A stretch of 53,953 bases of DNA from NCBI GenBank assembly GCA_049799275.1, contig JBARHO010000069.1:1-53953 (forward strand), written 5' to 3'. A program made the position numbers and the translations under genes. Source of the DNA: Thermoplasmata archaeon. Its GTDB lineage: Archaea > Thermoplasmatota > Thermoplasmata > Lutacidiplasmatales > UBA184. Of the stretch, positions 32,370 to 40,417 are shown in pieces (within the stretch, counting starts at the first letter, position 1; each line of letters starts with the position of its first letter). The notes below the pieces were generated by a model that was given only the letters and a program-made list of their open reading frames with translations, was not told where the DNA came from and did not search any database.

Positions 32370-34409
32370 TCATTCCGGAGCGCGAGGGCCAAGATCGGTA
32401 GAAGAGCTGGGAGGAACGAGCTGGTCATCAGATCGTCGAGAGCGCGATCCGCTCGGCGCAAGCAGGCCCATGTCTCGCTGAAGTTCGATGAATCGGGGAT
32501 CCGCCCTCAGGAAATCGAACATCGGATCGATATTGATCTTGGCCAGAGTGCTGGCCTTGAGCTCAAAGGCCCTCCGGAGCCAAGCCATCGTCGCCGTCTT
32601 GTCCTGGAGGCCGACGAAGGCGATGGCGACATTGAACGGCGAGATGTATCGACCGGAAGAACCGTGCTCGAGCTCGGAGATGAGCTGTCGCGCTTCGTCC
32701 GTCCTCCCGACGATCCCGTACGCGTACGCGAGGTACGCCTTGGCCAGCAGCCCGCCGTGTGAGAGGGCGAGCGCCTTTTCCATCGCCTCCACGCCCTTCT
32801 CGTACATGGTCTTCTGGAGGTAGGTCTTGCCGAGCTTGATGAAGGCCGGTACGAATCCCGGGTCGATCTCGAGGAGCTTGTGGCACTCCTCGATGGCCGA
32901 ATCCGTATCGTTCGCGCTCCGATAGATCTCCGCCGCACAGTCGTGCACGCCCACGGAGTACGGGTCCAGTTCCTCGGCCCTCCTGATCTCGGCCACGGCC
33001 TGGGGCAGGCGACCTCGGAGGGCCAGATGGACGGCGTACGAGTTGCACAGCACCGACCAATTGGGATTGAGCTCGATCGCGCGCTTGAATCCCTTCTCCG
33101 CGGCCTCCCAGTCCCACAGATAGTTCTGCAACAGCTGGGCCCCGGTCGCATGGGCCTCGGGAAGTTGATCGTCGAGCGCCAAGGCCTTCGCCACGAGCGG
33201 TTGGATCTGGTGATACGCCTGCGTCGCATCGGCACAGCCCTCATCGCAGAGACCGATGTGGCAATCCGCGAGACCGACGTAGGCGAGCGCATAGTTCGGG
33301 TCGACCCGGATGGCCTCCTCAAAGAGCTGGATCGCGGTCCGCAGCTCCGCCTCGGTGCCCTTGTGCCAGTGATATCGCCCCTTGAGGACCAGATCGTGCG
33401 CATCCCTATTGGTGGTCGGACGCTTTTCGATCTTCTCCTTTTCCTCGGGAAGGAGGGTGACCTTGAGCGCCTCCAGGACCCGCTGGGCGATATCGCTCTG
33501 GATCGCGAACACGTCCAAGAGGTCCCGGTCGTAGGTCTGCGACCAAAGGTGATCATCGCTCTCCGTATCGATGAGCTGGACGGAGATCCGGACCCGGTTA
33601 CCGGCCTTGCGAACGCTCCCTTCCAGGATCGATCCGACGTTCAATTCCCTCCCGATCTCCGGGACGCTCTTGACGGTATCCTTGTACTTGAGCGCCGAGG
33701 TCCTCGAGATGACCCGAAGGCCGCTCACCATGCAGATGCTGGAGATCAGTTCCTCGGTGAGCCCCTCCGAGAAGTACTCATCGGACCCGCCGGACAGATT
33801 GGCCATGGGAAGGATGGCCACTCGGCGCTTGTCGCGGCCCCGGCCGGTAGGGACCTTGGGGAGCGACGACCCGGCGGACCCCTTCTCCCAGGGGGTCACG
33901 ATCACCTTGAAGACCTCCATGGGCAGTTCGACGTTCTTGAGCTGAACTCGTCCCAGACTGACCACGGGGCTCTCCAGTTTGTTGCGGATGAGATGGTACA
34001 CCTGCTCCGTAACGCACACCCCACCGGGTTCGGCCAACGGCTCGATGCGGGAGGCGACGTTGACCGCGTCCCCGTGGATGTCGCCCTCCGTATGGAGCAC
34101 GTCACCCGTATGGATCCCGATCCGGACCTGGATCGGCCGGTTGCTCGTCGAGGCCACATTCCTCCCCCGGATCGCGCTCTGGATCGCGACCGCACACCTC
34201 ACGGCGTCGAGAGCGCTGGCGAACTCGACCAGAAAGCCGTCCCCGATGGTCTTGACCTCGGTCCCGCCGTATCGGCCGAACGTGCTCCTCAGGATCCTCC
34301 TCTGCTCGGAGAGGAGCTGCATCGCGAACGATTCGTTCTCCTGGGCCAGCGCGGTGTAGCCGACGAGGTCGGTGAACATGATGGCGACGAGGCGTCGGGA
34401 TGCGGCCAC
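32370..34409 (-). CDS. class III adenylate/guanylate cyclase with TolB-N-like and TPR domains
   Basis: VAIMFTDLVGYT, VKTIGDGFLVEF, IGIHTGDV and GDAVNVASRIE form the cyclase core. RVAILPMANLSGG...FSEGLTEELI follows, then about 7 TPR repeats. Confidence 0.9.
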   Translation of the reverse strand: MAASRRLVAIMFTDLVGYTALAQENESFAMQLLSEQRRILRSTFGRYGGTEVKTIGDGFLVEFASALDAVRCAVAIQSAIRGRNVASTSNRPIQVRIGIHTGDVLHTEGDIHGDAVNVASRIEPLAEPGGVCVTEQVYHLIRNKLESPVVSLGRVQLKNVELPMEVFKVIVTPWEKGSAGSSLPKVPTGRGRDKRRVAILPMANLSGGSDEYFSEGLTEELISSICMVSGLRVISRTSALKYKDTVKSVPEIGRELNVGSILEGSVRKAGNRVRISVQLIDTESDDHLWSQTYDRDLLDVFAIQSDIAQRVLEALKVTLLPEEKEKIEKRPTTNRDAHDLVLKGRYHWHKGTEAELRTAIQLFEEAIRVDPNYALAYVGLADCHIGLCDEGCADATQAYHQIQPLVAKALALDDQLPEAHATGAQLLQNYLWDWEAAEKGFKRAIELNPNWSVLCNSYAVHLALRGRLPQAVAEIRRAEELDPYSVGVHDCAAEIYRSANDTDSAIEECHKLLEIDPGFVPAFIKLGKTYLQKTMYEKGVEAMEKALALSHGGLLAKAYLAYAYGIVGRTDEARQLISELEHGSSGRYISPFNVAIAFVGLQDKTATMAWLRRAFELKASTLAKINIDPMFDFLRADPRFIELQRDMGLLAPSGSRSRRSDDQLVPPSSSTDLGPRAPE

Positions 34410-34632
34410 GGCCCGAGAACGGCGCTCGTCAGATTAAGCCCCCGGTCACGGAAGAGGCCCTGATCCGTCCGGGCCCCGCATGCTCCCCTCTCCCCAGAAC
34501 TGGGCCAGGGATCCCGCACCCCGTGGTATCTTCGAACTCGGATGGCTTGGCCACCTTAGATCGAGCAGTTGAGGTGTGCGCATGGAGGCACCACGCACGC
34601 GGTCCAGACCGCCTGCCCGCGGTCGTGCCCGG

Positions 34633-35886
34633 TCACGTTGCCTCCATCCTCACGACCGGCGCCACCGTGGTGCCCGATACGACCTCGTTGCGCGACTGAC
34701 CGTCGTACCCCTTCGCGGCGAAGGTGAACGGGTACGTACCGTCCCGCAGGTAACAGGACGTGTAGCCCGCAGCGGTGGTCCGGTCCCCACATTCTTCCCG
34801 AACCCCGTTGACCGTGGTGTTGGCCCAGGCGCCTTCGACGGGCGACCCGGTGGCGGCGCTGACGACATGGAGGGTCAGTTTGAACGTCGAGCTGGAACCG
34901 GATTGGAAGAGGTCGTACATGGGCGGGTGGACCGTCCAACTGTCGTTCAGCCCGGTATGGCCCAGACCCAGGAGCCACTCCGTGGTCGTCAGGACGTCGT
35001 AGGTGTCGTACTGGATGTGCGACTGATAGTCGGTCCTCCCGTCCCCGCTCACCACGACCGAGTAGACGTGCCCGCCCCCGGTCCCGTTCGGCCCGTCGTC
35101 GCCTTCCCCCTCGTCGTAGAGGATGAAGATCGCCGTGGATTTCCACTCGGGGCTGGCGATCACCTTCGGAATGAGCTGCGACAGCCACACGTCGCCCGCA
35201 CGGTCGGTGGCGGCCCCGGTGGGGCACGCACCGCCCGCTGGGGTCCCGTGCGCGTCGTGGCAGTCATCGGGGGTGATCCACGTGTAGCTATCGAGCGTCC
35301 CATCGGCCAGTGTCTTGGCGAAGCTGGCGGCGTTGTAGACGAGCTCATGTTCCAGGCAGTAGGGATGATCCGCGCTCACGTCCTGGTAGCGTACGAAGGG
35401 GTTGTGCCCCGAGGCGTACAGCGAATCCGCGGGCTGCTCTGGGGCCACGTCGCAGGCGTAGGGCATCGCCTCCTCATACTCTGCCCACGACTCCCCTTGG
35501 GCGTCCAGGAGCGGAGCGAGTGACGTCACCGTCTGGTTCCAGCGATCCGAGCTACTGCCCGACGTGGCGGCGACGTAGTCCCTCGGGGAGTCGTGCGCCG
35601 TCGCCCAGAAGTTCGCCGCATACGCGTACTCCTTCGAGAGGTTCTTCTCGTAGGGCTCCGACAGGGTCGTGGTGTCTTCCTCGTTCTCGTCCATGATGAC
35701 GATGATGTGGCGGATGGGCGTGGGGTACGTGGGGGAGGATACGGGGGCGCCCGCCGAGGGAGGAGGATGGGCCGGGACCCAGCTGGCCCCTGCGGTCGCC
35801 ACGGACGACAAGAGAAGGAGCGCCGCAACGAAGAGCGAGCCGACTATCATGGATCGCACGCGCGGAGACCCTTTATTGTTCGTCAT
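34633..35886 (-). CDS. secreted phosphoesterase-family protein (acid phosphatase/PLC-like) with a beta-rich C-terminal domain
   Basis: Internal ATG (MTNNKGSPRVRSMIVGSLFVAALLLL, signal anchor). Contains HIIVIMDENE, GHNPFVRY, ITPDDCHDAHG and IFILYDEGEG. The C-terminal ~110 aa are PEGA/CarboxypepD_reg-like. Confidence 0.75.
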   Translation of the reverse strand: MTNNKGSPRVRSMIVGSLFVAALLLLSSVATAGASWVPAHPPPSAGAPVSSPTYPTPIRHIIVIMDENEEDTTTLSEPYEKNLSKEYAYAANFWATAHDSPRDYVAATSGSSSDRWNQTVTSLAPLLDAQGESWAEYEEAMPYACDVAPEQPADSLYASGHNPFVRYQDVSADHPYCLEHELVYNAASFAKTLADGTLDSYTWITPDDCHDAHGTPAGGACPTGAATDRAGDVWLSQLIPKVIASPEWKSTAIFILYDEGEGDDGPNGTGGGHVYSVVVSGDGRTDYQSHIQYDTYDVLTTTEWLLGLGHTGLNDSWTVHPPMYDLFQSGSSSTFKLTLHVVSAATGSPVEGAWANTTVNGVREECGDRTTAAGYTSCYLRDGTYPFTFAAKGYDGQSRNEVVSGTTVAPVVRMEAT

Positions 35887-36294
35887 TCGGACCTCCGCCC
35901 GTCGACCTCGAGCTCCTTGTGGCGCTCCGATCAGCGGCCCACGATCAGGAGCTCCTGGGCGCTCGACCAATGCGGATCCCGATCGTTCCCACACTCGTGC
36001 TCCCGTCCCCACGGGGTGACGCGTATCTCGCTCGAGCTCGCTTAAATTCGAAGCGCTCGACAGGATACGACACTGGAACTGTCGCGTCGGGCTCTCCTCC
36101 CCGCTACGTTGCCCTGGGTCCGACCGAGACCCAAGTGACCCTCGACCACCTCGGAGGGAAGCAAGGCCCGGTCCGGGAGCAGGGCTATCAGTACTTGGAC
36201 GATGCTTGGGGAAGTGTGCTCGAGCTGCACGGGACCCGGTTGCCGATGGGAGAGCACCCGTTGACCCGGGACGGGAGCAAGCTCGGTACCTAGC

Positions 36295-36681
36295 GTGAAC
36301 GTTCCGGTCACGACGAAGGATCCCGGGGTCGATGCGTACATCGCTCGATGCCCCGCGGCTATCCGAAGCCGGCTTCAGGCCATACGGAGGGCGATCCGGG
36401 TCGTGGCGCCGGATGCTACCGAGGTGATCAGCTACAGCATGCCCGGCTATTGCTATCCAGGTTACGCGTACAAGGGGATGTTCGTGTGGTTCGCCCTCCA
36501 AAAGGGCCATATCGGCCTCTACGTGCGACCGCCGACCGTGGCTACCCACCGGCAAGAACTGGCAGGGTACGGGACCACCAAGTCGGCAGTACACCTTCCC
36601 CTCGAAGGGAAGCTACCCGTCCGGCTCATCCAGACACTCGTCCGGACCAGCGTCCGGGTCATGAAGGAGAGAAAACGGTGA
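36295..36681 (+). CDS. DUF1801 (YdhG-like) domain protein
   Basis: GTG start. DAYIARCPAAIRSRLQAIRRAI...VISYSMPGY...FALQKGHIGLY fits DUF1801. Confidence 0.7.
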   Translation: MNVPVTTKDPGVDAYIARCPAAIRSRLQAIRRAIRVVAPDATEVISYSMPGYCYPGYAYKGMFVWFALQKGHIGLYVRPPTVATHRQELAGYGTTKSAVHLPLEGKLPVRLIQTLVRTSVRVMKERKR

Positions 36682-36820
36682 GCGGTCACGGCACGCAGAA
36701 CGGCGCTCCCTCCTACCCCGCGATCGCTCGGAACCCATGCGCTCGGATGCGAGGAAGCAGCGGCCGCGCATCCTCCCGTTCCCGGGGTCGGCCATCCGGG
36801 ACGGCGCCCGGGACCCACGA

Positions 36821-37792
36821 TTAGCTCACCCGCGAAAGGACGGTCAGCGCCCGAAGGGTGATCATCTTGCTCGGTCGCCCCGCCGCCTCGAAGGCCAGCG
36901 GGGCCGGGCGTTGCTTGGGGTGTTCCGCGTACCACTGGACGCCCTCGGGGTCGGGGTCCGGTTGGACCGCGTCGAGGTTCCACCGTCCGTCGGGCCGCCG
37001 CTTCTTCTGCAGAAGTTCGAGCGCGAACCCGAGCCGGGGGTCATTCCCATAGCCGAGAGCGGTCAGGCAATCCAGCCCGACCAGGAGGTCGTAATAGTAG
37101 TGCGGAGGCCAGTGGAAGCGGTACCACGGCTCGTACCGCTCTCCTTGGAGGTGGAGCTCGTGCTCGAGATAATATTCAGCGCCCTGCTCGACGCAGGTCT
37201 TCATCGCGGGCGTCCACTTGGAACGGGGATAGGCCGCGAAGGCGCTCAGGCCCTCCCAGGCATCGAGCGTCCGGCTCGGGGCCGGTCCGTCCCGGGAGAA
37301 CCGGCAGGTCCAGCCGCCCTTCGGGTGAGCGGTACGGGCCAACCATTCGAGCGTCCTGCGGACCCGGGTATCGTCCTCATAGCCGAGGCGGATCAGCGCG
37401 CGAGCCATGTTGGCGGTGTAGCAATGGTGGCCCTTCCCCTTCCCGAACCCGCCGACCCCACCCCCTTGGAGGGGCGACTTGGCCATCCAGCATTCGCTCG
37501 AGATCCGGACCTCGGGGATGGCGCGGGTCGCCCCCAGGTCCGATAACGCGAGCATGTTCCAATTGGTCGCAAGGAACCGGGGCTCCAGCCAACCACGATC
37601 GCGGACCCACCAACCGGCCGGATCACGGCGGCGAAGGATCTCCGCGGCCCATCCGGTGGAAGGTATCTGGGCCCGAGCACCGCGAACCTCCCGGTCCGAC
37701 TCTCGCTTTCCCAGAAGCTGGGTCAGCGTGAGGTATCGGATCGAGGGCTGATCCGGTTCGAGCAGCCAGTCGAGCGCCTTTTCCGGGGGCAC
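36821..37792 (-). CDS. alpha/alpha-toroid protein with prenyltransferase/squalene-cyclase-type repeats (paralogue 2)
   Basis: Collinear with 6423..7406 over its whole length and shares long identical runs (QGERYEPWYRFHWP, HYYYDLLVGLD, GRPSKMITLRALTVLSRV). Confidence 0.7.
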   Translation of the reverse strand: MPPEKALDWLLEPDQPSIRYLTLTQLLGKRESDREVRGARAQIPSTGWAAEILRRRDPAGWWVRDRGWLEPRFLATNWNMLALSDLGATRAIPEVRISSECWMAKSPLQGGGVGGFGKGKGHHCYTANMARALIRLGYEDDTRVRRTLEWLARTAHPKGGWTCRFSRDGPAPSRTLDAWEGLSAFAAYPRSKWTPAMKTCVEQGAEYYLEHELHLQGERYEPWYRFHWPPHYYYDLLVGLDCLTALGYGNDPRLGFALELLQKKRRPDGRWNLDAVQPDPDPEGVQWYAEHPKQRPAPLAFEAAGRPSKMITLRALTVLSRVS

Positions 37793-38026
37793 CGATGCAT
37801 GCAGAGGCCCCGCATATTAATCATCGCCAATCTAGGACCCCGCGCTGTAAAACGAGGTGGAGCTGCCGGGGCACATGTCGGCGACCCGGCGACGGTCCGT
37901 GATCGCGATGCTCGAGCTCGGGAGGCTCGCGGGCCGATCACGCTGGGCGCCCGATCCGGACCACACGGGTAGACCTTGGCCCTCGTCGTACGAAATGTGC
38001 CCGAAGGCGGGGATGCGGACGGTGGG

Positions 38027-38449
38027 CTAGTTGATGTCGAACTCGTTGCCTTCGGGATCCTGCATCGCCACGCCGTAGTGGTCTACGCCGGGTTCTTCGA
38101 GCGAACCGAGCCGGATCGCGCCAAGAACCTCCAATCGTTCCGCTTCGGCATCGACCCGTTGCCTGCGGACGGCCATAGGGACCGTGAAACCCCCGCTGGC
38201 GTTGATATCGAGATGGAGACGGTTCTTGACCGCCTTACCTTCCGGAACCTGCTGGAACCATATCGCAGGTCCGGCAGCGGTCGGGTCGACGATCCGGTCG
38301 TCCCCTCCGCCGGTCTCCGACTCGGGGACCCCCTTGCTGATCCAGAACGTTCTCCAGGTATCGAACCCAGCGGGCGGAAGGGCGATCTTGTACCCCAAGG
38401 CTGCCGCCCAGAAATGGGCGAGTCGGTCTGGGTCGGCGCAGTCGATCAC
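38027..38449 (-). CDS. VOC/glyoxalase-like domain protein
   Basis: GTG start with GGAGGG upstream. DCADPDRLAHFWAAALGY...LHLDI...DPEGNEF is typical of the glyoxalase-like family. Confidence 0.75.
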   Translation of the reverse strand: MIDCADPDRLAHFWAAALGYKIALPPAGFDTWRTFWISKGVPESETGGGDDRIVDPTAAGPAIWFQQVPEGKAVKNRLHLDINASGGFTVPMAVRRQRVDAEAERLEVLGAIRLGSLEEPGVDHYGVAMQDPEGNEFDIN

Positions 38450-38610
38450 GATCTGGAACTTGGTCGTCGCTCTCCCTCCTTAGCCGGGTCGATCGTTCCT
38501 GCTCGCCAAAGGGATTGCGGGCCTGACCATCGCGAACGGATCCGCCAACGCGTTTCCGAACGCACCTTCGCTGAGCGGGGGCCCGCCGGCCGGGGCGTTA
38601 ACCCGTGGAC

Positions 38611-38733
38611 CTACCCTTGCTCGATCTTTACGACGTCGTGGCCCACATGGTTCTGGGCCTCGGCCGGGTCGGCCGGGTCGAACTCCGTTCCGCAATCGTT
38701 GCATTGCATGGTCGTGGTCGGCTTGTCCACCAT
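38611..38733 (-). CDS. possible 40-aa zinc-binding micro-protein
   Basis: MVDKPTTTMQCNDCGTEFDPADPAEAQNHVGHDVVKIEQG has a CxxC...HxxxH pattern, AAGGGGGAG about 15 nt upstream, and higher GC3 than the 5' part of the maximal ORF (to 38886). Confidence 0.35.
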   Translation of the reverse strand: MVDKPTTTMQCNDCGTEFDPADPAEAQNHVGHDVVKIEQG

Positions 38734-38895
38734 GCTGCCCGCAGGGCTCTCCCCCTTAAACCCCCTGCGAGGGCGCTGGTCGGACGAGGACCCACTTTCC
38801 CCGCCGGCCCGTTCCGTACGATCAGGTGTACCTTGATGAGGGCTCGACGCGCCCCCGGGAGTGATCTTCGCTCGGGCTTCGGTCACCTCGGCCGT

Positions 38896-40344
38896 TCAGG
38901 ATGAACTTCCCGAGGCCGCGCGGTGAGAGGCTTGTTCGATCGCGACGGCAACCCGGCGCTGCATCGTCGGGGCGTGCAGTCCGGAGGGATCCACATCGCC
39001 CACGTCGTTGAGATCCGCGAGCCGAACGAGAGCGCGGGCAAGCGCGGTCGAGAATTCCGGGTCCCGTCGGAGCCCGGGCTCTTCCGGCCAGAACCCGACG
39101 ACCCGGAGCGAGTGGGCCGCTCGATCGACCCGCATCTCTATGCGGGCGCACAGGCCGTCCCCCCAGAGGATCGGCAGGGTGTAGTATCCCCACCGCCTCT
39201 TCGACTCCGGTTTGTAGACCTCCCAGGTGTACTCGAGATCGAAGCGTTGGGATGCGCGGCCCCCTGCGATCGCCCCCTCCAGAGGAGCTAGAAAAACGAC
39301 CTCCTCCTCGGTCGTCGTCGACCGGGGCCGCCAGCGTGAGGGCACATCACCCGCCCGGATCTTCTCCAGATCCGGGACCGCATCCGCCAGCACACATTGA
39401 GGACCTTGCCATCCGTCCACCTCGAGCTCTTGAACGACCCCCTGTTCCTTCCATCGACGTACCCGATCCGGCCACTCCTCACGCAGACCGTAACGGCCGA
39501 TCCGGGGCCACCCGTGCCGGAACCATTCGGAACTTTTCGCCAATCCCAGGGAACGGAGCGTCTGCAGCAGGAGATGTTCCTCGGCCTCCGGGACCGGGAC
39601 CTCGGGCGCGCGGCGGGGGAACAAGCGATCCGTCAGGTCGAACACCTTCTCGCCCCGGTGTCGGTACGCGACCATGACGTCCCCCTTGAGCCACAGAAAA
39701 TAGAGCGCGAGGCCGGATTCCTTCCTGGCACGGTAGTGCTGGACCCGCTTCTCGGCCAGGCCCTCGAAGTCCCCGGGTCCGAGCGGTCCCCGGCTCTCGA
39801 TCTCACGGGTCACCCGCCTGAGCAGTCCGACCTTCGCCCGAGCGAACCGGCGCCACCTCGGTTCGGCCACCTTGCGTCGCATGACGATCCGCAGATAGGG
39901 CAATTCTTCGATCGGGCGGATCTGGACGTTGCCGCCCGACTCGAACAGGGTCCGTTCGGTGTAGAGCGCGTGCTCTAGGTCCTCGGTGCGATATCCAACG
40001 ATCCGCCCCCAGAGGGCCAGATCATGGCTCCGACCGACCACATCGAGCGGGTCGTATTGGACAGACCCGATGTACCGCAGCGCAGCCTCGACCCCCTTTC
40101 GGCCCTCCCAGCGCCGGCCCGGCCATAGGCCTTGGCGACCCAGGAGGAACCGTCGCGCGTCCTGTACCGATATGGGCCGCAAGGGACGCGGAGGGACGGG
40201 TGACGCGATCAAGCCTTGCAGAAAAAGAGGCGTAGCCGTCCGAGAGGGCCGGTCCGTTCGGGGGATCCGTACCCGGCTCTCCGGCCTATCGTGAGCCTCA
40301 AGGATAGGTCGACCAACACGGCCCCGTAGGGAGCGCCAAGACAT
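38896..40344 (-). CDS. YcaQ/AlkZ-like winged-helix DNA glycosylase family protein (DUF1006)
   Basis: ARRFLLGRQGL, IGSVQYDPL and RWGYYTLPILWGDGLCARIE fit the family. The first ~45 codons are Arg-rich and may not be translated (alternative TTG at 40212). Confidence 0.75.
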   Translation of the reverse strand: MSWRSLRGRVGRPILEAHDRPESRVRIPRTDRPSRTATPLFLQGLIASPVPPRPLRPISVQDARRFLLGRQGLWPGRRWEGRKGVEAALRYIGSVQYDPLDVVGRSHDLALWGRIVGYRTEDLEHALYTERTLFESGGNVQIRPIEELPYLRIVMRRKVAEPRWRRFARAKVGLLRRVTREIESRGPLGPGDFEGLAEKRVQHYRARKESGLALYFLWLKGDVMVAYRHRGEKVFDLTDRLFPRRAPEVPVPEAEEHLLLQTLRSLGLAKSSEWFRHGWPRIGRYGLREEWPDRVRRWKEQGVVQELEVDGWQGPQCVLADAVPDLEKIRAGDVPSRWRPRSTTTEEEVVFLAPLEGAIAGGRASQRFDLEYTWEVYKPESKRRWGYYTLPILWGDGLCARIEMRVDRAAHSLRVVGFWPEEPGLRRDPEFSTALARALVRLADLNDVGDVDPSGLHAPTMQRRVAVAIEQASHRAASGSSS

Positions 40345-40383
40345 AGCCCCGGTCCCCGTCCGCCCCCCTGCTTTGATGAGTCG

Positions 40384-40396
40384 TAATATGTATAAG
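40384..40396 (+). promoter_or_regulatory. TATA-like box of the YVTN surface-protein gene
   Basis: TAATATGTATAAG is centred about 28 nt upstream of the ATG at 40418, which implies a very short leader. Confidence 0.4.
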
Positions 40397-40417
40397 TGAG
40401 GAGTCGATCCCCGCCCG

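Noticed and set aside
29987-34409. Canonical Pycsar/CBASS-type cyclic-nucleotide defence system
   Set aside because: The cyclases are large sensory multidomain proteins rather than compact defence cyclases. The adjacent small membrane protein shows no cyclic-nucleotide-binding, TIR, patatin or nuclease domain that I can recognise. I kept it only as a speculative comparison.
34486-34495. Third partial match (CCCTCTCCCC) to the tRNA-derived repeat, which would bracket the cyclase locus as a second islet
   Set aside because: Only 10 low-complexity C/T nucleotides match. The T-loop part and the GCA end do not. Such a match is expected by chance in 54 kb of G+C-rich DNA.
37976-38836. 286-aa plus-strand ORF between paralogue 2 and the glycosylase gene
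   Set aside because: It is antisense to the VOC gene and to the small zinc-protein ORF, has a Gly/Arg/Pro-rich composition and shows no motif.
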